Origin: an uncultured Rhodospirillaceae bacterium
Lineage (GTDB): Bacteria; Pseudomonadota; Alphaproteobacteria; UBA9219
Direction: 5' to 3'
Length of the DNA stretch: 30,088 bases
NCBI GenBank assembly: GCA_964594935.1
Contig: CAZQOE010000002.1
Span: 1,358 to 31,445, forward strand
The notes under the pieces are model-generated. The model was not told the origin of the DNA. It saw only the letters and a program-made list of their open reading frames with translations, and ran no database searches. Position numbers and translations under genes: made by a program. The stretch's first letter is position 1. Every line of letters starts with the position of its first letter. This document shows, one piece after another, positions 18,188-25,635 of the stretch.

Positions 18188-19825
18188 CTATTTTGAATCC
18201 AAAGGACATAAATTCAACGTACTGTTATCGAACAATTTGTCTATCACAGGTAAGCAGTCTTTTGTGACAACTTTTAGGCCGAAAAAGGCCACGGCATCGC
18301 CCGCCTCTTTCATCTGCCAGTTCGGGGTCAACACCATGAAGCGCCCCCCTTTTTGCCGGTGCGCGTCGACGCGTTCATGAAGCAGCTTATTGATGCCTTT
18401 ATCCTGTTCGGGGCTTGAAAAATTGCTTTGAATGCGCACGAACGAGACGTCCGGCGGAAATTCGGGAACGACGTGCGAATACGGCTCCATGCCCGTCATC
18501 AAAACCATCAAATCCGACGTATTGCCCAAGGGCGGAACCTGCGCCTCGACAAACCGGTCGAGCCACGCCTCGCGGCGCGTCCAGTTGCCCGCCTGAACCG
18601 AACCCGCGACGATAAGAAGAAGGACGCTGGCAATTATCGCCCGCGTTTTCATTTTGAACGGCATAAGCCCCGCCGCAAGGACGATCAGCAAGGGCGCAAC
18701 CATCTCAAGCGTCACGGCGTAGCGGTAAATCGAAAACATGACGAGCCATGTGACATACGCCAACGAAAAACTCGCCAAAAGATATCGGGTCGCCTGCGGC
18801 GTCGAGAAAGAGTCAGCCGATATTTTGCGTCTCAAGAAAAGACGAAGGACGACCGCAAGCGGCAGCAACACATAAAGAACGGGAATACGCCAATCGCGCA
18901 GTTCGATCTCGCCGACGCGAAACGCGCTTTGCGCGAAAAGAAACGGCATCGCAAAATAATCGCTCAAGCTATGCGGGGCATATTGCAGGTCGCGCGCGCT
19001 GGTCAGCGGCGCAAGCGGCGATTTGAAGAAATCGTTGAAATAAGGAAACAGCGGACTTCCGAAATGCGTTTGCAAAAACGCCATCCAAGGACCGAGCGTT
19101 ACGGCACAGCCGATCAAAACGCCGATGCCAAAGGCGAAACTCAACGCAAAGCCGCGGCGCCAATCTTTTCCCGCAAACAACAAGCCGCCGCATAAACCGA
19201 CGGCGTAAATGACGGCTGGCAATTTAAGCCCCATCATCAATCCCGAGGGAACGCCAAAAAATAGGGCCAGAATAAAGGCCTTACGCAAAGGGGTTTCGGA
19301 AAGCTTGTCCCAGAAGCCAACGACCAAGACTGCCGAAAAAAGCGCGCCAAGGCTTGTTATGTTGTCGCCGAAAGTCGTGCCAATTTGCGCGATGCCGCCG
19401 CCGCCGAGCATCCCCAGCGCCGCCAATACCTTGCAAACAAAAACCTTGCGCCAAGTGTTTTGAATCGTAAGCGCGGCATTGGCGATGCAGAAAAGAAGGA
19501 CAAAATTGATCCCCTGAACGAAGCCGAGAAAAAAGCCGACCGCGCGCGCCGAGGCGTGCTGGGCCAGAACAAAGAACGGCACGTCCATAAGCGGATTATA
19601 GAAATACGGCGTCTGCGAAGGCAGCAAGTCCTGCGCATAGCGGTCATTCAGGAAGGCATAGGCGTTGTAATAGTGGTAATTGCGCAAATCCCAATTGGCA
19701 TCCTGCCCCAGCGCCAGCGCCAGAAGCCCGAAGGCAAAAGGCGCCAAACACAAAAGCATCACCGCGAATAAACGCACACGATCCCCTCTCGGAGGCAAAA
19801 AGGGATCAAAAGAAAGGGCGACCAT
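18188..19825 (-). CDS. Polytopic membrane protein, putative GT-C fold glycosyltransferase (GtrC-like)
   Basis: About 11-13 hydrophobic segments; acidic first loop GQDANWDLRNYHYYN; GLKL and YRY motifs; soluble C-terminal domain; operonic with GT2 and GtrA. Confidence 0.7.
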   Translation of the reverse strand: MVALSFDPFLPPRGDRVRLFAVMLLCLAPFAFGLLALALGQDANWDLRNYHYYNAYAFLNDRYAQDLLPSQTPYFYNPLMDVPFFVLAQHASARAVGFFLGFVQGINFVLLFCIANAALTIQNTWRKVFVCKVLAALGMLGGGGIAQIGTTFGDNITSLGALFSAVLVVGFWDKLSETPLRKAFILALFFGVPSGLMMGLKLPAVIYAVGLCGGLLFAGKDWRRGFALSFAFGIGVLIGCAVTLGPWMAFLQTHFGSPLFPYFNDFFKSPLAPLTSARDLQYAPHSLSDYFAMPFLFAQSAFRVGEIELRDWRIPVLYVLLPLAVVLRLFLRRKISADSFSTPQATRYLLASFSLAYVTWLVMFSIYRYAVTLEMVAPLLIVLAAGLMPFKMKTRAIIASVLLLIVAGSVQAGNWTRREAWLDRFVEAQVPPLGNTSDLMVLMTGMEPYSHVVPEFPPDVSFVRIQSNFSSPEQDKGINKLLHERVDAHRQKGGRFMVLTPNWQMKEAGDAVAFFGLKVVTKDCLPVIDKLFDNSTLNLCPLDSK

Positions 19826-19848
19826 GGTTTCCCTTTGCGGAAATAGTC

Positions 19849-20538
19849 TTATTTTCCGTCGCCGCTAAGAATGACGGGTTGCGTGCCCAGCGGCGCATCG
19901 GCCTTTGGTTGAGCCTCGCCCTGTTGCGCACGCGTCGGCACCGCCGTCACGCCATAAACCGGCGCGGCCGCGATGAAATTGGACATATGCTCATGGATTC
20001 CGGCTTCAAGGTTTTCACCCAAATCCTTCATCAACCCATTAAGGATCAGCATATAGGCCGCCTGCTTTTCGCTTTCCGTCGGACTTTCCGGCAGCGTAAC
20101 CGCGCGCGTCGCCGAGGCGTCCGTCACCGCAAATCCGTTTTTGCCGTTCGCCTCGATCGAAACTTCGGCGCGGGCGACGTATTTGCTGCCCTGCTCGCGC
20201 GTAAACCAGCCTTCGACGCCGTCCTTGATCGGAAGCGGCTGAGCCGAAAGCGAAGCCTTCTTGATCAGAACGATCGCCTGTCCCGATTGCCCGTTGGCTT
20301 GCAAGCGATCCGCAGCCCATTGCTTGATCGCATCCGTGATGGTCGGCGAAAAATGATTGCCGTTATAAGGCGAATCCGACGGCTGCAAGCCGCTGCGATC
20401 CGCAAGGCTGATGACCCTGACGTCCATCGCGATTTTCGGCGATAAAATCTGGTTGACCGCGACGGGGGGCGGCGTCTGGGCGGACGAACACGCGGCAAGA
20501 ATAAGCATCAAGCCGAAAGCGGCGACGGTCTTTTTCAT
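19849..20538 (-). CDS. Conserved hypothetical lipoprotein
   Basis: MKK + hydrophobic stretch + LAAC lipobox; QWAADRLQANG and GWFTREQGSKY core. Confidence 0.85.
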   Translation of the reverse strand: MKKTVAAFGLMLILAACSSAQTPPPVAVNQILSPKIAMDVRVISLADRSGLQPSDSPYNGNHFSPTITDAIKQWAADRLQANGQSGQAIVLIKKASLSAQPLPIKDGVEGWFTREQGSKYVARAEVSIEANGKNGFAVTDASATRAVTLPESPTESEKQAAYMLILNGLMKDLGENLEAGIHEHMSNFIAAAPVYGVTAVPTRAQQGEAQPKADAPLGTQPVILSGDGK

Positions 20539-20858
20539 AATTTTTAAACTCCGGGAATTGAATCGTTTTCAAGAGGTTAGTGCAGAATGGCCTTCGGTTA
20601 AATATGAATCCTCCGGCAAGCCAAAAAATTATACAAAACAGCGCGCTAACGGGGAATTAGGGCGCCTGCTTTGCGAGGCAATATCCCTATTCCCCCTCCC
20701 ATGAAAGCATTGCATTAAGCATAATGGATTGCGATTATGCGGGATAAGAAACCCCTAACGGGCCATTTAAAGGAAACGCTTCCTTAACTAAACGCGAACC
20801 GTTTTTTAAGTTAATTCCGGTAGATAGTATAAGCTCTTCGTCTTTTAGGTTAGTTGAA

Positions 20859-23387
20859 ATGTACCTTGGCATCGATCTCGGCACGTCCAACAGCGCTATC
20901 GCGGGTATCGTCGATGGCAAGGTCCGCATTTTCCGTCCGGCGGACGGCGGCGAGGTTTTGCCCTCCATCATCTATTTCGACAAACGCGGCCATCGCCTCT
21001 ACGGACGCCGCGCCCATGACCAGTCCCTCGTCACGCCCGAAAACGTCGCGGCGGGCTTCAAGCGCCTTATGGGAACCTCGACCCCCATCGAGATTAAAGG
21101 CGTGGAACAGACTTTGACCCCCGAAGAATGCTCGGCCGAAATCATTCGCCAGCTTTTGGGCCAGGCGGCGACCGAAACCGGCGAAACCAAGATTACCGGC
21201 GCCGTCATCACCATTCCCGCCGCGTTCAATCAGATGCAATCCGAAGCGACGTTGCGCGCCGCGAAATTGGCCGGATTGGAACGCGTCGATCTGTTGCAGG
21301 AACCGATTGCGGCCGCGCTTGCCTCCATGGAAGGCGCGAAGCGTTCGGGGCGTTTTCTGATTTACGACTTGGGCGGCGGCACGTTCGACGTGGCGTTGGC
21401 TCAGGCCATCAACGGCGAAGTCAAGATTGTCGCCCATCAAGGCATCAATATGCTCGGCGGGCGCGACTTCGACCGCATGATCGTTAACGAAGTCGTGCGC
21501 CCGTGGCTGGCGGAAACTTTCGACCTTCCGGATAATTTCCAGCGCGACCCTTCGTATCGCCGCCTGATCCGCATTGCGCAACTGGCCGCCGAAAAGGCCA
21601 AAATCGATCTTTCCACGCAGGACAAAACGTCTATCGTCGCTTCCGACGAAGAACTGCGCATGAACGACCAGAACGAGATGGAAATGTATCTGGACGTTCC
21701 CCTGACCCGCGCGCGTTTTGAGGAACTGATCCGCGAACCCATCCAGAAGACCATCGAGCTGATCCGCACGATGCTGAACGAAAACAACGCAAAGAGCGAT
21801 GAAATCGACCGTATCGTCTTTATCGGCGGGCCGAGCCGCATTCCTTTGGTCAGAAAGATGGTTTCGGAAGAACTGGGCATCGCCGCAGACCTGAAAACGG
21901 ACCCCATGACGGCAGTCGCCGCTGGCGCCGCCTATTACTGCGAAGGCCGCCAATGGAACAAATCGAACGTTAGCGAACCCAAGCCCGTGACCGCTTCGGC
22001 CCCCGTGCCCGCCGCAAGCAACGTCACCTATTCCTATACAGCGCGGACGCCCAGCGATAAGACGGTGGTAACCGTCCATGTTTCGGGCGCCGCGTCCGAC
22101 GACCGCAAGATCAAGATCGTGGGCAAAGACTGGGATTCAAGCGATTTGCCGTTGGCCGATAGTTTGACGATTCTTGTGCCTTTGGAAGAACCCGGCGAGC
22201 ATCAATTCACCGCGCATATTCTGGACAACAAGGGCAACGTTCTGGAAAAGCACGACCAGAAGATTTCCATCACGCGCCTTGTCGCTTCGACCGGAAGCAT
22301 TCCGGCGGCGCAGACCATTGCCGTCAAGGTTTTAAACCACATGCATGCGCAGGAAAACGCGCTGATGGCTTTGGTCAAGAAGGGCGACATTCTTCCCGCG
22401 CACGGACGCGTGAAATTCACGAGCGCCCGCGAGCTTAAGGCGCGCGAGGCGGGACATATAAGCTTCGAGCTTTTCCAGATCGAATACGAAGACAGGATCG
22501 ATTTAAATTTGTGCGTCGGCGTTTTCCGCATCGGCGGAGAAGATCTGCCGGAAAACTTCGTTTTAAAGGAAGGCGCTTCGCTGACTTTCGACTGGAAGAT
22601 GACCGACAGCGGCATTTTACAGGCGACCGTATCCGTCCAGAACGAAGACGGCTCGGTCTTGGAGCTTAAGGCGCCGCGTTTCTATGCGCCGCAGGCGGGG
22701 CAAGTCTCGTTTGCGGGCGAACAAGGCGTCAAGTTCGCCTCGGCCATCGTCAAGCAAGGCGAAGAAGAATGGGGCGATCTGGCCGCCGCCGTCGGCCCCG
22801 AAGGCGGCCCTGAAGTTCATTTGCTCAAAATGCGTTTGCAGGAGCAAAGCGAAGTTTTAGGCGAATCCGCGGACGATCCTGAAGCCCTGCGCCGCGCGGC
22901 GGAAGAAGCCCGCTTTGTGCGGCAGGATATCGCCCGCATCGGCAAGAAATACCGTCCCGCATTGTTGCAGCGCCGCTTGGGCAAGATGTCCGCCGTCTTC
23001 AACCGCATTGCTCGTGCGCACGCCTCGAAGTCCGAAAGCGAGCGTTTCGACAACCACGCCTCAAAGGTGCAAGAGATCATCGACAACGGCAAGGCCGAGT
23101 TTTACGACGACGCCGATTTGCATATGTCCGAAATGCGCGATTTGTTCTTTGTCGTCGCGTGGCGCGACGGCGGTTATGTGGCCGCGTGGTTCAAGCGCCT
23201 GTCCGGCGAGCCTTTCCTGTTCCCCGACGTCGAGGAATTCCAGAATTTGGTCAAAGAAGGCGCCGCGCTTGTTTCTTCGCGGGACCCCGAAGCGCTGCGC
23301 ACCGTCGTCAAACGCATGCTGTCCGCGCGCATCGCACTGGGCGCAAGCGACACCGCCGGCGAATTGGCGACGATCGTAAAAGCGTAA
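20859..23387 (+). CDS. Atypical Hsp70-family protein (842 aa)
   Basis: GIDLGTSNS, TIPAAFN, QEPIAAA, YDLGGGTFDV, LGGRDFD, AEKAKIDLS, FIGGPSRIP; no DVLLLD linker; divergent SBD-like segment from about residue 480. Confidence 0.93.
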   Translation: MYLGIDLGTSNSAIAGIVDGKVRIFRPADGGEVLPSIIYFDKRGHRLYGRRAHDQSLVTPENVAAGFKRLMGTSTPIEIKGVEQTLTPEECSAEIIRQLLGQAATETGETKITGAVITIPAAFNQMQSEATLRAAKLAGLERVDLLQEPIAAALASMEGAKRSGRFLIYDLGGGTFDVALAQAINGEVKIVAHQGINMLGGRDFDRMIVNEVVRPWLAETFDLPDNFQRDPSYRRLIRIAQLAAEKAKIDLSTQDKTSIVASDEELRMNDQNEMEMYLDVPLTRARFEELIREPIQKTIELIRTMLNENNAKSDEIDRIVFIGGPSRIPLVRKMVSEELGIAADLKTDPMTAVAAGAAYYCEGRQWNKSNVSEPKPVTASAPVPAASNVTYSYTARTPSDKTVVTVHVSGAASDDRKIKIVGKDWDSSDLPLADSLTILVPLEEPGEHQFTAHILDNKGNVLEKHDQKISITRLVASTGSIPAAQTIAVKVLNHMHAQENALMALVKKGDILPAHGRVKFTSARELKAREAGHISFELFQIEYEDRIDLNLCVGVFRIGGEDLPENFVLKEGASLTFDWKMTDSGILQATVSVQNEDGSVLELKAPRFYAPQAGQVSFAGEQGVKFASAIVKQGEEEWGDLAAAVGPEGGPEVHLLKMRLQEQSEVLGESADDPEALRRAAEEARFVRQDIARIGKKYRPALLQRRLGKMSAVFNRIARAHASKSESERFDNHASKVQEIIDNGKAEFYDDADLHMSEMRDLFFVVAWRDGGYVAAWFKRLSGEPFLFPDVEEFQNLVKEGAALVSSRDPEALRTVVKRMLSARIALGASDTAGELATIVKA

Positions 23388-23433
23388 ATCACCCTCGCTT
23401 TTTCCTCTTTCCCACTCGGTATTATTCTCTTTT

Positions 23434-23487
23434 GTCATTCCGGAAATCGCGTTTTTGCACATGCAAATGCGCGATTGTCGGGAATCC
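23434..23487. repeat. GTCATTCC...GGAATCC-type REP-like palindrome
   Basis: GTCATTCCGGAAATCGCG-TTTTTGCACATGCAAATG-CGCGATTGTCGGGAATCC folds into one long imperfect hairpin. Confidence 0.65.
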
Positions 23488-23625
23488 GGATTAAATTTTT
23501 TTGATTTTTCGTCATCCCTGTTATCGGCCCGCCTTTTTAACCCGCACCATGCTTAGGAAAAATCACAGGAACATCAAAGAGTTATGATATATCCCAATTA
23601 TTTTATAAATTATGTGATTTTTCCG

Positions 23626-23654
23626 TTGACATTCAATGAAACAGGGGCTATATA
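23626..23654 (+). promoter_or_regulatory. Strong sigma70-type promoter
   Basis: TTGAC-N17-CTATAT (equally TTGACA-N17-TATATA), matching the alphaproteobacterial housekeeping consensus. Confidence 0.8.
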
Positions 23655-23660
23655 CACGTC

Positions 23661-23808
23661 GCACCCTTAAAAAAGGTGCGTTGGTTCCAGTCTGGGGCCC
23701 TCCCGAGTTCTCGAGAACGCGGAGGAAATCGGCCCGTGACCGAACCGGCAGGCTTCATGTCGCCGCCTTGTATTTTCAAGGTCGCGGGAAGCGCGCTTCC
23801 TATTTTTT
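23661..23808 (+). ncRNA. Structured RNA resembling the speF / alpha-r45 motif
   Basis: Follows the promoter. Blocks GGTTCCAG, GGAGGAAATCGGCC, ACCGAACCGGCAGGC, TGTCGCCGCCTTG..CAAGG match the speF motif as I recall it. Hairpins GCACC/GGTGC, GGTTC..GGGCC/GGCCC..GAACC, CCTTG/CAAGG, GGAAG/CTTCC + T-tract. Confidence 0.65.
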
Positions 23809-23888
23809 AGAAAGTGTTTTTTGATTATTATTTTTAAGGAGATTGAAAAAATGAGTTAGGCGAACGGAAGTGAAAAACAAACAAAGAA

Positions 23889-24089
23889 TTACGCGATAAT
23901 ATCAGGCAAAAGCTTGCTTTCGATGCGGATGATCTCGTCGCGCAGGGTGAGCTTTTTCTTCTTCAGGCGCTGGATTTGAATCATATCGGGCGTGGCGCGC
24001 TGCGACAACGCGTTGATCGCGTCATCCAAATCGCGGTGCTCGGCCTTCAACTGGGCCAGAAGTTCCTGAAGTTTTTCTTGCTCGTTCAT
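23889..24089 (-). CDS. DUF465/YdcH-family small coiled-coil protein
   Basis: LKAEHRDLDDAI, QIQRLKKKKLTLRDEI, ends LLPDIIA. Confidence 0.93.
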   Translation of the reverse strand: MNEQEKLQELLAQLKAEHRDLDDAINALSQRATPDMIQIQRLKKKKLTLRDEIIRIESKLLPDIIA

Positions 24090-24207
24090 ATAATTTCTTT
24101 TGTGCCTAAACGATTCTTATACCAGAAAATCGGCCTTTTTTCCACGTTTCAATGAATACAAAGACTTTTTAAAATCACATAGAGCTTGTTACAGCGATTT
24201 GCCCTGT

Positions 24208-24231
24208 CCGCCGAAGCCTTGGCGAAGGCGG
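24208..24231. repeat. Small palindromic repeat, CGCCGAAGC..AAGGCGG family, copy 3
   Basis: CCGCCGAAGCCTTGGCGAAGGCGG. Confidence 0.6.
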
Positions 24232-24267
24232 AAGCCCAAGATCACGAGATCATACAGGCTTTCTCAT

Positions 24268-24298
24268 AAAAAAGGCGGGGACTGCTCCCCGCCTTTTT
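24268..24298 (-). terminator. Intrinsic terminator after rplL
   Basis: AAAAAGGCGGGG-ACTGCT-CCCCGCCTTTTT, 21 nt past the rplL stop. Confidence 0.92.
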
Positions 24299-24319
24299 CG
24301 TAACTGACAAGTAAGTCGC

Positions 24320-24691
24320 TTACTTGAGCTCGACGGCTGCGCCGACGGCTTCAAGCTGCTTCTTGAACTTCTCGGCATCGGCCTTGCTGACGCCTTCCTT
24401 AAGCGGCTTCGGAGCGGCTTCGACCAAGTCCTTGGCTTCCTTGAGGCCCAGACCCGTGATCGCGCGGACTTCCTTAATGACTTCGATCTTCTTGTCGCCG
24501 GACTTGGCGAGGACGACCGTGTATTCGCTCTTCTCTTCAGCGGCGGCGGCGGGGCCGGCAGCGGCTGCGGCAGCGGCGACCGGAGCGGCGGCGCTGACGC
24601 CCCACTTGGTTTCCAAAGCCTTCGACAATTCGGCGGCTTCCAAGACCGTCAGCGTGGACAGCTCTTCGACCAGTTTTTCAATCTTCGACAT
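24320..24691 (-). CDS. rplL: 50S ribosomal protein L7/L12
   Basis: [43 protein letters not shown]. Confidence 0.99.
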   Translation of the reverse strand: MSKIEKLVEELSTLTVLEAAELSKALETKWGVSAAAPVAAAAAAAGPAAAAEEKSEYTVVLAKSGDKKIEVIKEVRAITGLGLKEAKDLVEAAPKPLKEGVSKADAEKFKKQLEAVGAAVELK

Positions 24692-24769
24692 CTTACTTTC
24701 TCCTTTGTTGAACCTAGTTAGTTAATAAAAAACTTCCCTTTCGCCGCCGACGCGGCGAAAGAAAACTTG

Positions 24770-25306
24770 TTAAGCGCTCTGCCTTCCGCGGGCGGCCAGA
24801 ACACGGGCCACCTGCCCCGCCGGAGCCTGAAGAATGCGGGCGATTTGCGATGCGGGCGTCTGCAGCAAGCCGGCGATCTTGGCGCGGAGCTGATCAAGCG
24901 ACGGCAACGCCGCCAGAACCTTGATCTGGGCTTCGTCCATGACTTCGCCGTTCATGATGCCGCCGACGACCTTGAACTTGTCGTTTTTCTTTGCGAATTC
25001 GACCGAAGCTTTGGCTGCGGCGACGACGTCCTTGGAATAAGCCAACGCCGTCGGGCCGTGCAAAAACTTTTCAAGCGCGGCGAACTTGCCTTTTTCGATG
25101 ACGTGCTTGACGAGCTTGTTCTTCGCGACCCTGAGCCCGACGCCTTCTTTGCGCATCGCCACGCGCAAAGCGCGTGTCTGATCGGCGTTAAGGCCGAGCT
25201 GCTGGTTGACGATGATGATTTCCGAATCCTTGATCTCGGCGTCGATGGCCGTGATCTTCTTGCCCTTAATCAGGCGATTGGGGCTTTCGTGCGTCTTCTT
25301 GTTCAT
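24770..25306 (-). CDS. rplJ: 50S ribosomal protein L10
   Basis: LRVAKNKL, GPTALAYS, LAALPSLDQLRAKIAGLLQTPA; true start ATG 25306 with AAGGAG RBS. Confidence 0.97.
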   Translation of the reverse strand: MNKKTHESPNRLIKGKKITAIDAEIKDSEIIIVNQQLGLNADQTRALRVAMRKEGVGLRVAKNKLVKHVIEKGKFAALEKFLHGPTALAYSKDVVAAAKASVEFAKKNDKFKVVGGIMNGEVMDEAQIKVLAALPSLDQLRAKIAGLLQTPASQIARILQAPAGQVARVLAARGRQSA

Positions 25307-25437
25307 GCGTCGCTCCTTCAAAACAAAAACACACCGCGCAAAAAAGCGCGGCGAAAAAATCCAGTTTGTCAGAGGGAAGATGAGAAAGACAACGCGCCTA
25401 AAACGCGGGATGCCCGCGGAAGCGCCTTTTGTCTTGT

Positions 25438-25495
25438 CCCGTCTATTGCTGGCGAATTTTAAGCTTCCGAAGAAGCGCCCGCAGTCTCTGACAGG
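25438..25495 (-). promoter_or_regulatory. rplJ (L10) leader core, autoregulatory RNA
   Basis: Minus strand CCTGTCAGAGACTGCGGGCGC..GCTTAA..CCAGCAATAGACGGG, the usual proteobacterial L10-leader pattern as I recall it. Confidence 0.8.
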
Positions 25496-25524
25496 TTTGC
25501 CTTGTTGCGCAAGGCAGGCAGGGG

Positions 25525-25553
25525 TTGTAGCCCACACCTTCGAACAAAAGCAA
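25525..25553 (-). promoter_or_regulatory. Candidate sigma70 promoter for rplJL
   Basis: Minus strand TTGCTT-N17-CTACAA, about 30 nt upstream of the L10 leader core. Confidence 0.45.
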
Positions 25554-25585
25554 ACAATTTCTCGCCTTTGCCCGTCGCTTTCTTC

Positions 25586-25617
25586 AAAAACACGCCCTCC
25601 GAAGAAGATGTGTTTTT
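25586..25617 (-). terminator. Candidate intrinsic terminator after rplO
   Basis: Minus strand AAAAACAC-ATCTTC-TTCG-GAGGGC-GTGTTTTT: C(UUCG)G-capped stem followed by a U-tract, 18 nt after the rplO stop. Confidence 0.7.
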
Positions 25618-25635
25618 GTTAACAAACCCAAAGAC

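Noticed and set aside
20859-23387. Calling the Hsp70 dnaK, hscA or hscC
   Set aside because: Length, missing linker, divergent SBD and absence of grpE/dnaJ/isc/djl context do not fit.
23661-23808. 6S RNA, SRP RNA, tmRNA or a TPP/B12/FMN/SAM/glycine riboswitch
   Set aside because: Lacks their hallmark motifs (SRP CAGG..GGAA..GCAGC, tmRNA tRNA-like ends, TPP CTGAGA, B12 box, FMN AGGGCGGGGTG).
23636-23824. 62-aa ORF
   Set aside because: Its ATG lies between the -35 and -10 boxes of the promoter and it overlays the structured RNA; no RBS.
24100-24303. 67-aa ORF containing PPKPWRRRKP
   Set aside because: Translation of the palindromic repeat and the rplL terminator; no RBS or family signal.
25307-25537. 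77-aa N-terminal extension of L10
   Set aside because: Runs through the L10 leader; ATG 25306 has an AAGGAG RBS and gives normal length.
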